Source of the DNA: a virus
Virus record (IMG/VR): IMGVR_UViG_3300026519_000009
Location: 12,607 to 76,606 of that record
Direction: 5' to 3' (one strand)
Length of the DNA: 64,000 bases
Every line of letters begins with the position of its first letter. The first letter of the stretch is position 1. Below are positions 1-11,134 of the stretch, in pieces. The translations under genes were made by a program, and so were the position numbers. The notes below the pieces were generated by a model, which saw nothing but the letters and a program-made list of their open reading frames with translations, did not search any database and had not been told where the DNA came from.

Positions 1-7
1 AGATTAT

Positions 8-3000
8 ATGATAAAATTTATGGATTTACTGGAATTATTACCAGAGCCATATCAATCTGATGTTAATATAAGTGTAGTTAATAACCTTTTTAATCGTTTT
101 TTAACGAAAAAAGAGACGGTGCGCGTCTCTGGTTATATTGGTGTTGGTAATCAAAATGCTCTTACCCCTAGACGAATTAAAGAAAATGATATTCATCGTC
201 AAGCGTTTCAACTTCAACCAATATTATATGACAAAATTGGTACAATTGAACACATGGCATCGTGGAAGGATATTCAAAATGAAACGACACGACTTGGAAT
301 AAACATTGACGATTTTGCAACGTGGGGCGCAAGTGAAACCTTTAATTGGGTGCCACCAATTGATATCAATAAGATTATTAACTATCGTGACTATTATTGG
401 GTCGATACCGTAGGTAGTCAACCACAATATATTACCGTTCGTAGTCGCTGCGCAGTAGCGACAAGTCTGGCAAACTTTTGGGGGCAAATAATAACACAAT
501 ACGGTGAATTATTTCCAATAACTGAAATACGTGAGATTGACGACACCAGTGCATTACAAACATATTCTATTGTGTCGATTAATACAGGCACTGGTAATGT
601 TGTTATTACAGGTGATGCCACAACCGATATTGTTAATGGTAATTTTTTTAACATATCATCAACATTAAACAACAATGGTACCTACCAAGTAAATATGGCA
701 CCGGTATATGATGGTGTTACAAACACTACAACATTAGACGTAAGTGGTTTAATTGCGGATGAAAATATTGGATTAGTAACACTTAGACGATATGATAAGC
801 TGGTGATTGGTCCAAATGACAATACACCTACCGGTGATTATAGTACGCTATTTGAAGAAGGGTTTGTTTTTTTTATGAGGCAACCAACAAACCCAGAACA
901 AAATAATCAATTTGTAACGGTAATTAGTTCAACGTTTGACCCAAACAATGCAAACACAATAGTTAAGATCGGATTAACAACTACCGATAATACTGTGGCA
1001 GCTAGTAGTATGGTTTCATTGGTTGAACAAAATGCAATATATGTCGATGCCCGAAATTGTCAATGTGGCGTTGGGGTAGATGGCTGGGATGATGGTGTTT
1101 TATGGGACGATAACCCATCTAATCCAATATGGGGGGATGCGGAAGGTGCATTAGGGTCACCCATCCCTGATGGAATTTCGGATTATCAAAATTTAATTAA
1201 TCGCATATCAAATGCCGGTCCACCTGCTTTGCCGGGAATTCAAAATGAATTATGGTTTGATACCATTGGTGATATATTATATCAATATGATACGGTAGGC
1301 GGTTGGAAGATCATTTGGAACTCTTTTAGTACATTACTATCCGATGTAACCGGACAAGTATTATGGGATTTATCGCAAAATTGCGACGAAGCCATTCGTA
1401 TACCAGCCATGGATCAATGGATTCTTGAAAATAAATGGGTTCATAAAAATGATATAACTAACTTTGCTTCGGTACGTAGAGCCACCCAACCTATTATAGA
1501 ATATGACTGGGACTTAGAGTTAAACGAATGGACATTTACCAAATATCGCTGGGGATACCGTAGTGAAACAAATGGTACCTTCATAGAAACAACAGAACTT
1601 CCACCTTTTATAGAATTAGAAGAAATAGTATGGTGGGAACTGGATACTACTGATATTACGAATAGTACTGTAATCCTTGACTCGCGTTATGGTGATCAAA
1701 GTGCCTGTTTCGCAGCAAACACCCGATTTCATATTGGTAACACTATTATTAATGAAGTTGACTATGTTGAATATAAAAAACCGTCAATTGCCAGTATGTT
1801 CCCATATAGAACATATGTGAAATTTAAAACACCAATCGTAGGGTCAACCGGTGACTTTAGTATAGGAACCCCTAATAGTTTGTCATTAACACCAGTTGTA
1901 ACAAAACAAGGTGATCTTTGGGGAGGATACGGTGTTCATTGGATATTTTTAGGCGCAAATGATACAGTACCTGTTCCACACCAAACGGATAATCCTGATG
2001 TTGCAATTCTGGATACTGCGTTGGTGTCTACTATTGGAAGTCCTCCTATATATGAAACACGCGAATCATTATATGCGCAAGAATTTCAATTATTAGCACC
2101 ATCTACAACAATATTGGAATTAAGTAATATTGTTCCTACTAATGATACTAGATCATTACAAAGAAAGGCATTGTATAATTTCGATGATATTCGTGTTTAT
2201 TTAAGCGATATCACAAATGGAAATATTGTTCGTCAATTCGGAACGTATGAAGAAATAGGAGAAGTTGTTGTCGATATTATCGGAATCGATGACGTATTAA
2301 ACGAATTTATAATAGGTGAAGACTATTCAACATTATATACAGCAGGGGATACAATACGATTACAGGAAAATAATACGGTTGGTACACAAGACTATACGGT
2401 TGCGGGCGGTGCGTCAAATCCTAATCGTATTCGCGTAACAACCGCGCTTGCCGGAATATCCATAACCGGACAAATAGTGAATATATCGAATCCTGTTACT
2501 ACCGAATTATATCCAAATATCGATTTCGTAAATACACGAAATATTTCAATTTATGTTCGAGGGATACGCTTCTTAACCCCTGTGTTAGGCGGACAAAATG
2601 TTACAATAGAAGTCGGTGAAGCATCAATAAATGAATTAGACCGTCATGCACTTAGAGTGCGCACTATTGAGGATGAAGCACAATATAATATTGTTGGTGA
2701 CTTAGCTATTAGTACAATAAAATATAGAAAAGTTGAACAAGTAAAAACAAGTGACAATCAATATCCTTTATTTGATATTTTTACAGCAACGGGCGAAGCT
2801 GCAAATCGTGCCAATCCTATATTTGGATATAAAACGTCAAACACCGCTCCTATTAATCAAACAGGACTACGAATAGTTTTCGATGCAAGCACGCTGGTAT
2901 ATGAATTTGATCAATTTATTTTAGATGCAGATAATAGTGAATTATTTGCATATCGTGACTATTCTAATAAAAAAACAGATTTTTGGTATAATCCAGAAAC

Positions 3001-6000
3001 AAATGAAATGTTGTTCTGGCACGGCACCGAATGGAGCAGTCGCACGGCGATGTCTGAGCATTATAGAAATGCTGTTATTAGTAGTATTGAACCGTCATTA
3101 ATTGACCGCGCAATCAATGGCCTATATTGGTATAACACTACAACAAATACGCTATTTATTAGATCAATAGACCCAATATCCAATATTGGTACGTGGAATC
3201 CAATATTGGATATTGATACCACGACGACTGATACCAATTTACAAACAATATGGAAAGGCGGGTTGAACAATGATCAATATGTGCCTGAACGTGTTGATTG
3301 GTTAAATAGAACAAATAGTGAATATAATACTGAAATGTCTGCCTTTATTGACGGTAGAGTTAATACTTTATTGACGGGTGACACAACCCTAAGTATCGCC
3401 GACGCAACAACGCAAGCATCCATTGATTGGTTTACTAGTCAGGAAAATGTGTTGTCACCGACCGGCATATGGGTCGGTGATTGGGAAATACCTGATCCCT
3501 TATATCATAATAATTTACACGAAAATAAGAAATGCATTACAAGTAGGGACTTGTTAACACATTTCACCACCATTATTGAAAGTCAACCGACGATTCCCGG
3601 ATTTAATGGTGATAAAAACGCAATGTTCAATTTAATTCCAACGACGGGTGTTAATTTTGCACTAGGCGGTACAATAAAAGAATTCAATGATGGTTTCGAT
3701 ACTTTTCTATCTTCAACCTTCGTAAATAATGTAACACCTAGACGATTAATTGAGTTCGCGCATGATCAATATGAAAGTTTATTGAATAGCATTAAAGAAA
3801 GTTATCGGGCAAATGCGGTGCGCCTATTTACCGATTTATCCCCTAATAATATAGTAAACATATCTGGTTATATTTCAAATGAAATAATAGCTATACACGA
3901 GTTAAATGATGCGGCGGCATTTATATATGGGGATAGTACGACATTCAATGATATCCCCGGTGCCAATGATCTTGGTGTTCGGAATTGGATAGCAACATTA
4001 CCGTATTTGCGTCTATTGCATCGAAGATTGCCCGTTAGAATAATTAACGAGGTATTATCGCTGGATGAGATAATACATCACGATGGTCATCGGGGGGCAT
4101 ATTCATTAACCGATACTGCGGAAAATGTAATTGTTCAATTAATTATTAATACTGATGATAATCGAAATGGGATTGATACTTTAGGTAGAAATTCAATAGC
4201 AAACCCACCGAATAATATAGCTGATTTTGCTGCCGAATTTAATACCGATGCGAATAATCGCGGTGGTGTTTATTGGTGGAACACGACAACAAGTATATTA
4301 TATCGCTATACCGTAGCTGAATCTGGAACAAATACACCTATATTAGATTATCCTGATGGAACGCTATGGATGGATTTAACGCTTGGTAATGAAGTACTAC
4401 GCATAAAATCAACAAGTACGAGTGGTGTGATATCTTGGGATGTCGCTGATGGATTATCGGTAGGCGATGGAAGATTTCATAATGGCACAACGGTTAATGA
4501 TTTTAACACGGCAACAGTATCCACATGGCAAGAAGTTAACTTAAATAATTTATTGGGTGACCTTATATTCGAGCTTGAAACCCGTCTGTATAATAATGCA
4601 CCCAATAATCCGCAACTTAGCTATAATACCTCATTAGTGGAAACAACGTATCCGAATGACCACGCATTATATTTAGAGCAGGCATTTTTAGATCATGTAT
4701 CCCAACTAAATATACAAACCCCATATCAAAATACAGCGTTCAATATTTCTGATCCATTTACATGGAATTATAAGCATTCAGCAGGAGGCGGTGGGTTCGC
4801 TATACTCGAGGCGGATGGACTTACGAACTCTTTTTTAATATCGGGTAATCAATTATTCTTTTTTGATCCATGTTCGGCCTCCGCCACCGGATCACCGATA
4901 ACATATCCTGCATGTGTTCCAGGGGGGACAACAGCTACATTTTATATTAAAAACTCAGGCGGAAATGATGGAATTTGGACAACATTAAGTTCAACCGTCG
5001 GTGATTTTACCGCATTCTATGATATATTAACCAATACCACCAGGATTTTTGTCCAAGGCAATGTGATGGATGATGCTACAGGTATTATTCATATTGGATT
5101 ATTACCAAGTCAAATATCATCAACAACGCCAAACAATCTAAATGATGGTTCGGAATCTGGTGGTGACTGGCGCGACTTGTATACCAAGTTATACAATACA
5201 CCATATCCAAATTTAGAACCATGGAAATTACAGGGCTATATCGATAAACCAACGTGGTGGGATGCGGAATATCTTAACACAAATGCATTACAATGGGGCG
5301 ACCGCGTATGGAAGTATAAGCACGGGTTTGAACTTATAAGTGCCGACAACTTAAGTAATGATAGTGTAGATGGTATACACGGTTCATTTAATATTTCTGG
5401 AAACTTTAATACTGTTTTTACAACAGGTCATTCGTTTACCATAGATTCATCAATCGGATCACCGAATAACGATGGTACGTATATCACAGGTATGCGCGAA
5501 ATAATTACTAATGTTAATATAGGTAGTGCTGGTACTGCATCTATAGAAATCGATGATGTCAGCAATTTAGCAACTGCGATATATCTACCGTCAATGATAT
5601 TTTCTGTAATTCAAACACCTGTTCTACCAGCAATAAATAATACAATTACAAAAACATATTCAATTACCAGCGTAAATAAAATAGGCTCCATATTTACAAT
5701 AGCGGTAGCGGAAGAAATATTGGTTGGAGATATTATTCCAGCAACAAGTGTTATTAATGGAGCATTATACTTACCAACGTCCAACATCACTAAAGTGAAA
5801 ATAGCTGGTGCCGTGACAACCAGTAGTGGGAATGGAAGACTAATAAAATCCGATAGTTTTGGACTTGGAATGTGGGAGAACATAAGGATTGGTGTAATTC
5901 CTCCTAACCGTGAATATCCAAATGGTATAGTTGGTGTCACCGGCAATCCATCAATAGATACATTAAATGGTTTGTCGGTACCTGATTTACCAAGATTTAG

Positions 6001-9000
6001 TTACTTCAGTGTCAATATTGATAATAGTAATGTTAGTTCGGATGGAGGAATGACTACGTATGCACCTGATGGATTACTCCCTCCGTTTTGGGATCATACC
6101 CAGCAATTTGGAACTACATTAATATCGTTCGATAATTTGATTCGAACAGTATTTTTTAACTTTAGCACAGAAATAATAACACCTAATATTGATTTTATAT
6201 TTGGTGATGCCGGGCCAGTTGAATGGGAATGGAGAGTTTCATCACAATTTTTATATGATCAGTTAACTATAGCGTATAGAATTGATCCGGTCAGATATGT
6301 GTCATCAACGTTCGGCTTCAATTTAACAACAATTGCTGGATTACAAATAGACCGTAATATAAGAAACACTCCCAGTCATACGCGAACTACATTTCATGGT
6401 GATATTGCAAATAATACACCAGTAGTAAGCAATGGAACGAATCAATGGTATGTCAATTTTAATCGTTTTACCGGTTATGACTCTAATTTTTCCGATTTTA
6501 ACCAGTTATGGACGCAATGGACCGCACCACTTAGTTACCAGTTTGCTTCGTTTATTGATACGCCATCTTTAAGTATTGGACATCGGTTTGTGTCAATTTC
6601 TGAGTTCGACTATAATATAGCGGCAAAACGCTCACCCGGTGTTAATGATTATTGGTTAGACGCATTTAATGTTAATATTATACAGATACCGTTTGATATT
6701 CAACGATATGATAATCAGTTGGAATGGCGATTTGAACTATCTACTAATATAAATATTAGTAGAGAAATCAACTATTACGATGTACGAAATTATCAATTCT
6801 ATGCCAATCCTATAACAAATGAATGCTTGTTATACACATGGGAAATTGAGTCTGTAAATGCATTCAATAAAGAATTTACAATATTGGGCGATCAAACCTA
6901 TGTGTTTTCCGCAGGAAGGGAATTCACAATTTCGACATCGAGTGGTAATGATGGTACATATACAACAACACGGGCAAGATATGATGTAAATTCAAACACC
7001 ACTACAATAACCGTTAATTCCATAATTACATCAACTGTTGCGAATGGATTGATAACAGCAAAATATCGTTCTTATATGTGGGATACCGGTGATAGTATTT
7101 ACCTGTCCACCGCTGAAACCCTTCCCATACCATTAAGGGGCGATAACGCAAATGGCCTAACCGAATATTTTATTATAAAAATATCTGATACCGTATTTAA
7201 AATTGCAAATACTCCACAAGATGCAATAACAAATACCCCTATTGTAATTACATCAACAGGAAGGCGCGATCAATTCGTAGGCGAAATAACAAGCACATTC
7301 CTTGCGCCTAACTCAACCACTAATTGGAGAATATATCGCATAGATGAATCATCTTCACGAAAATTTAATACACCATATCAAGTGCAAGGATTTCAAACAC
7401 TTATTGATATAGTTCGTGGCTATGCAACATTTGCAAATGATGTTGGGTGGGTATTCAATGAAGACAACTCACTTCGTGATCCCGATACTACGCGAGTCGT
7501 AAATTGGCAGGTCGAATTGGAACGACTAATTACATATGCTTACGGTAATCGTCAATTGCGCAGAAGCATTAATGATAGGTATGAGGTATCCGTAAATTCA
7601 TCAACCGATATTTGGACATTTATTGAACCGAATCAATCGTTTATAACGGGCGATATAATTACTGTATTATCTTCTAATTCTATATTTCCGGTGCCGATTG
7701 CAAATGGTCTCAATTACTTCATAATCCGAGATTCCATAACTACATTTAGAATATCTGCAACTAGGCAAGATGCGCTAAATGGTATAGCACTTAATATTTC
7801 GGCATCAAGTGGCGTAGGAACATTACAAATATCAACACCGAATACCAACGCTAATATCATTCAGCCTTTTGAATTAAATGCGTTTAGAAATGCGGCATGG
7901 TTGAATACGCCTACCGGAATTGTTTCCAATGTAATTACCGGTCCAAGTGAAGATATTAGAACCAATCAAACTATTTTTAATCAGAATGGTCAACAGATCA
8001 GCGAATCGCATTTGAGGGTGTATCGCCAAGATAAACAAACAAAAATACAAATAATAGATGTTGATAATCCGGTATCAAATAATAATAACCCATTACTTTC
8101 ACAAGAATATAGTAATATTAATTTAGGTGGATTGCATTTGTTTACCGATTCATACGAACACATCATGATATTCAACAATTATAATACTGATGGCGTATTG
8201 CTGTATGATCCATTTATTGGGTTAAATGTATCGAAGTATGAAATGTTATTCAATAAACAGCCAGAATTTCTACATAGACCATCGGTTGGTGGGTATACTA
8301 TTGAAACATTTTTCAATCAAGGTACAAATTTAACCGAAAATATAGAAGCAAGCATTGAGAATCTTAGGTTTGCACATGATACCTATACTAATTTAGAAAG
8401 TAATTTAATGACTACACATTCAAGATTATCATTGGGGTATGAAGGAATAACCGATTATTTACTTAATCTAAATCTTTCCGAAAAATCACAATTTATTTTT
8501 TGGCGTGGTCTTATTCAGTATAAAGGTTCGCGCAATGCGGTACAAGCATTTACACATTCAAGACGGTTTATTGATGCACAGATTGACGACTTCTGGGCAA
8601 TAAAAGTTGGTGAATTTGGTAGTGTAAAGGAAAAAGAATATCCTGAGATATTTGTAACAACTTCCGATGCGCGATCAAATGAGCTTCGCCTCGAATTTAT
8701 AGATAATGATGCATTAGATACAAGCGTAGAAAGTACATTTACGCCAATTAAACTATCAAACGAAGAACGATGGTATAACCAGCCTGATCAAGTGCATATT
8801 TTACGTGATAAAGGAAATGCATTATTTTTTGATATGATTGTGAATAATTCAATAGTATGTTCGTTAACCCCTGGATCGCCCTCTAACTTAATTGAATCAC
8901 CGGGTACATTCAATAACAAACTATACATTCGACATGATCTAGATGCAGATGCAATTGCAATTACTCATTTTAATAACACAACCAATTTATTAGAAACGTT

Positions 9001-11026
9001 GGTATTGGGGGTTGACTATAATATTATTAACAATAACATAATTGAATATATTATTGGACCACCAAGAGATTCAATTACAATCTGGGGAATGTTACAGAAT
9101 AATGATGCACAATCACCTGCACGAATTATTGATCACGCCTCGGAAACGCAAATTTCTCCCATTCAATTCTTTGATCCGGCACGGGGTATACATTATTCTA
9201 ATGCTATTCATAATATTGATTTGTTGAATGATACCGATCCCGCGCAATATACGAATACCATTAAAAATCAACCAATGGGTTCACCAGCAACCACAGTTAT
9301 AAATTCCACAATTTGGGAAAAATCATTTATTGGAACGACTTGGTGGAACACCAATAATTTAGACTATGTTCCTTATTATAGTAAAGAAATGCTACCTAAC
9401 ACAACCGAACGATTCCGCAATTGGGGTGCGTTGGCTGATTGGTCAACCGTTTCCATATTTGAATGGGTTGAGTCAAACGTTCCACCGGATGAATGGGATA
9501 TTCTAGCGTTAAGTGAAGAAGGTGATTTATCAATACCAGAACACATACGCAAGTCAGGAACCGCTCGGCGCGTGTTATTTGAACAAAATAATGCAGGGGG
9601 TTTTATTGTTGCAGTTGATAAAATCGAAGAACAATATGTGGCGACTGAAGGAACAGAAACAGCAACCACGTTTGAATTTTCAGTTCCAGTTGGAAACTTT
9701 AAAGAAACGGGTAGTCCGCTCATGTATATTGTTGATGTATATATTAATGGAAAATTATATAAAGAGAATGATATCTTAACCTTTCCATATATTGTCGATA
9801 AGGTAAACATTAAAGAAGCCGATATTATTCACTTCGTTCAACCGATTCCAACCGATCAGACTATAATTGATGCTGAAATAATAGCGGGTAATATGCGACA
9901 GGAGTATGAATTTTCCAGAATAACAACCTTTAATGAAATAGGCACGGAAGTAACAACATATTATTTTTGGGTAGAAAATAAGAAAACTAGACCCATTAAT
10001 CGGAATCGTTCAATGTCAATATCTGAGGCCGCAACCCAATTAATAGACATTCCTTCGGCACATATGTTTTTTCAAGAAGTACGACCGACCGAAACAATAA
10101 CATTGGATGATACAATACTACCACGAACCGAATTACATACGGTAATTGGTGGTAGTCCGATAGCTACCTTTTATCCGACAGATTTGCCAATTGCGTCAAC
10201 CACCAATCTTTTAGTGGAAGTTAATGGCGTGGATTTACCGAATAATGGTATATATTTTACAGTGGGGGGGTCGCCCAATGGAATTACAATGATAAACCCA
10301 CTCCCAAGTGGTAACAATTTAATGGCAGGTGACATTATACGCATATCATATAATGGAGTGAATACCAATTCACTAATATTACCATATCGTCAAACCCAAT
10401 GTATTATTCGTGGATTGCAAGGTATAGTGAATGCGGATCGTAGATATACTATTAGGTTCACGCGAGACTTCACTTTGCGTGATAACTTAACTATTGTTGA
10501 TAATGATGAACATATACAATTAAACAACGTACACGAAGAATGGAAGTTATTCAGGGAAAGTCAGCAATTTAACATTGATCGATATATGTGGGATAATATA
10601 ACGGAATCCATTGTTAAATTTAAGCTATTGCAACCAAGCGTGCGCGTTCCATCATTTGAGCGCGAATTATATGATTTACAATACAACACTGATACACAAT
10701 ATGGTCTGGAAGACGGACAAGCCTTCGTAAATGGTGAGTTGGCGCTGGGTAGCGTATTGGGATATTTAAATGATCCAAATGTGGACTTTTCGCCAATAGA
10801 TATTAATGCCTTTTTTAATAACAATAGTTTTGATACACCTGCTGAAATAATTATTGCGATGGATACTATATATAATACATTTTTATTCACCGATGTGAAT
10901 CGAATATTCTTCTCTGTGTTGGCTGATGCTTTTAGTACAAAATCTAAATACCCAGGATTGTTTAAAACATCAATGGTAAGTTTACATGGGGTGCAACCAT
11001 TTCAAACCGCGTTATTTGATGATTAA
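8..11026 (+). CDS. Giant virion structural protein (baseplate/tail-associated, jumbo-phage type), 3672 aa
   Basis: Uninterrupted 11-kb ORF rich in T/N/G/D/W. Recurring S-x-x-N-[DN]-G-x-Y and W-x-[DN]-T-T motifs typical of large myovirus baseplate/tail proteins; lies among structural genes. Confidence 0.7.
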   Translation: MIKFMDLLELLPEPYQSDVNISVVNNLFNRFLTKKETVRVSGYIGVGNQNALTPRRIKENDIHRQAFQLQPILYDKIGTIEHMASWKDIQNETTRLGINIDDFATWGASETFNWVPPIDINKIINYRDYYWVDTVGSQPQYITVRSRCAVATSLANFWGQIITQYGELFPITEIREIDDTSALQTYSIVSINTGTGNVVITGDATTDIVNGNFFNISSTLNNNGTYQVNMAPVYDGVTNTTTLDVSGLIADENIGLVTLRRYDKLVIGPNDNTPTGDYSTLFEEGFVFFMRQPTNPEQNNQFVTVISSTFDPNNANTIVKIGLTTTDNTVAASSMVSLVEQNAIYVDARNCQCGVGVDGWDDGVLWDDNPSNPIWGDAEGALGSPIPDGISDYQNLINRISNAGPPALPGIQNELWFDTIGDILYQYDTVGGWKIIWNSFSTLLSDVTGQVLWDLSQNCDEAIRIPAMDQWILENKWVHKNDITNFASVRRATQPIIEYDWDLELNEWTFTKYRWGYRSETNGTFIETTELPPFIELEEIVWWELDTTDITNSTVILDSRYGDQSACFAANTRFHIGNTIINEVDYVEYKKPSIASMFPYRTYVKFKTPIVGSTGDFSIGTPNSLSLTPVVTKQGDLWGGYGVHWIFLGANDTVPVPHQTDNPDVAILDTALVSTIGSPPIYETRESLYAQEFQLLAPSTTILELSNIVPTNDTRSLQRKALYNFDDIRVYLSDITNGNIVRQFGTYEEIGEVVVDIIGIDDVLNEFIIGEDYSTLYTAGDTIRLQENNTVGTQDYTVAGGASNPNRIRVTTALAGISITGQIVNISNPVTTELYPNIDFVNTRNISIYVRGIRFLTPVLGGQNVTIEVGEASINELDRHALRVRTIEDEAQYNIVGDLAISTIKYRKVEQVKTSDNQYPLFDIFTATGEAANRANPIFGYKTSNTAPINQTGLRIVFDASTLVYEFDQFILDADNSELFAYRDYSNKKTDFWYNPETNEMLFWHGTEWSSRTAMSEHYRNAVISSIEPSLIDRAINGLYWYNTTTNTLFIRSIDPISNIGTWNPILDIDTTTTDTNLQTIWKGGLNNDQYVPERVDWLNRTNSEYNTEMSAFIDGRVNTLLTGDTTLSIADATTQASIDWFTSQENVLSPTGIWVGDWEIPDPLYHNNLHENKKCITSRDLLTHFTTIIESQPTIPGFNGDKNAMFNLIPTTGVNFALGGTIKEFNDGFDTFLSSTFVNNVTPRRLIEFAHDQYESLLNSIKESYRANAVRLFTDLSPNNIVNISGYISNEIIAIHELNDAAAFIYGDSTTFNDIPGANDLGVRNWIATLPYLRLLHRRLPVRIINEVLSLDEIIHHDGHRGAYSLTDTAENVIVQLIINTDDNRNGIDTLGRNSIANPPNNIADFAAEFNTDANNRGGVYWWNTTTSILYRYTVAESGTNTPILDYPDGTLWMDLTLGNEVLRIKSTSTSGVISWDVADGLSVGDGRFHNGTTVNDFNTATVSTWQEVNLNNLLGDLIFELETRLYNNAPNNPQLSYNTSLVETTYPNDHALYLEQAFLDHVSQLNIQTPYQNTAFNISDPFTWNYKHSAGGGGFAILEADGLTNSFLISGNQLFFFDPCSASATGSPITYPACVPGGTTATFYIKNSGGNDGIWTTLSSTVGDFTAFYDILTNTTRIFVQGNVMDDATGIIHIGLLPSQISSTTPNNLNDGSESGGDWRDLYTKLYNTPYPNLEPWKLQGYIDKPTWWDAEYLNTNALQWGDRVWKYKHGFELISADNLSNDSVDGIHGSFNISGNFNTVFTTGHSFTIDSSIGSPNNDGTYITGMREIITNVNIGSAGTASIEIDDVSNLATAIYLPSMIFSVIQTPVLPAINNTITKTYSITSVNKIGSIFTIAVAEEILVGDIIPATSVINGALYLPTSNITKVKIAGAVTTSSGNGRLIKSDSFGLGMWENIRIGVIPPNREYPNGIVGVTGNPSIDTLNGLSVPDLPRFSYFSVNIDNSNVSSDGGMTTYAPDGLLPPFWDHTQQFGTTLISFDNLIRTVFFNFSTEIITPNIDFIFGDAGPVEWEWRVSSQFLYDQLTIAYRIDPVRYVSSTFGFNLTTIAGLQIDRNIRNTPSHTRTTFHGDIANNTPVVSNGTNQWYVNFNRFTGYDSNFSDFNQLWTQWTAPLSYQFASFIDTPSLSIGHRFVSISEFDYNIAAKRSPGVNDYWLDAFNVNIIQIPFDIQRYDNQLEWRFELSTNINISREINYYDVRNYQFYANPITNECLLYTWEIESVNAFNKEFTILGDQTYVFSAGREFTISTSSGNDGTYTTTRARYDVNSNTTTITVNSIITSTVANGLITAKYRSYMWDTGDSIYLSTAETLPIPLRGDNANGLTEYFIIKISDTVFKIANTPQDAITNTPIVITSTGRRDQFVGEITSTFLAPNSTTNWRIYRIDESSSRKFNTPYQVQGFQTLIDIVRGYATFANDVGWVFNEDNSLRDPDTTRVVNWQVELERLITYAYGNRQLRRSINDRYEVSVNSSTDIWTFIEPNQSFITGDIITVLSSNSIFPVPIANGLNYFIIRDSITTFRISATRQDALNGIALNISASSGVGTLQISTPNTNANIIQPFELNAFRNAAWLNTPTGIVSNVITGPSEDIRTNQTIFNQNGQQISESHLRVYRQDKQTKIQIIDVDNPVSNNNNPLLSQEYSNINLGGLHLFTDSYEHIMIFNNYNTDGVLLYDPFIGLNVSKYEMLFNKQPEFLHRPSVGGYTIETFFNQGTNLTENIEASIENLRFAHDTYTNLESNLMTTHSRLSLGYEGITDYLLNLNLSEKSQFIFWRGLIQYKGSRNAVQAFTHSRRFIDAQIDDFWAIKVGEFGSVKEKEYPEIFVTTSDARSNELRLEFIDNDALDTSVESTFTPIKLSNEERWYNQPDQVHILRDKGNALFFDMIVNNSIVCSLTPGSPSNLIESPGTFNNKLYIRHDLDADAIAITHFNNTTNLLETLVLGVDYNIINNNIIEYIIGPPRDSITIWGMLQNNDAQSPARIIDHASETQISPIQFFDPARGIHYSNAIHNIDLLNDTDPAQYTNTIKNQPMGSPATTVINSTIWEKSFIGTTWWNTNNLDYVPYYSKEMLPNTTERFRNWGALADWSTVSIFEWVESNVPPDEWDILALSEEGDLSIPEHIRKSGTARRVLFEQNNAGGFIVAVDKIEEQYVATEGTETATTFEFSVPVGNFKETGSPLMYIVDVYINGKLYKENDILTFPYIVDKVNIKEADIIHFVQPIPTDQTIIDAEIIAGNMRQEYEFSRITTFNEIGTEVTTYYFWVENKKTRPINRNRSMSISEAATQLIDIPSAHMFFQEVRPTETITLDDTILPRTELHTVIGGSPIATFYPTDLPIASTTNLLVEVNGVDLPNNGIYFTVGGSPNGITMINPLPSGNNLMAGDIIRISYNGVNTNSLILPYRQTQCIIRGLQGIVNADRRYTIRFTRDFTLRDNLTIVDNDEHIQLNNVHEEWKLFRESQQFNIDRYMWDNITESIVKFKLLQPSVRVPSFERELYDLQYNTDTQYGLEDGQAFVNGELALGSVLGYLNDPNVDFSPIDINAFFNNNSFDTPAEIIIAMDTIYNTFLFTDVNRIFFSVLADAFSTKSKYPGLFKTSMVSLHGVQPFQTALFDD

Positions 11027-11092
11027 CCAAATAGCCGAAATGCCACCACCAATTCAGCAAGCCGAATTGGTGGTGGCATTTCGGAAAATTAG
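11027..11092. mobile_element. Mini hairpin element, two left ends head-to-head
   Basis: CCGAAATGCCACCACCAATTC-N8-GAATTGGTGGTGGCATTTCGG; both flanks resemble CCAAGTTG; abuts GATAAATA at 11092-11099. Confidence 0.8.
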
Positions 11093-11099
11093 ATAAATA
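11092..11099 (+). promoter_or_regulatory. Putative T4-type late promoter GATAAATA
   Basis: NATAAATA recurs just upstream of structural genes throughout the window; the T4 gp55 consensus is TATAAATA. Confidence 0.65.
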
Positions 11100-11134
11100 T
11101 AATATGCAACATATAAAATAACCGGATATTCTAA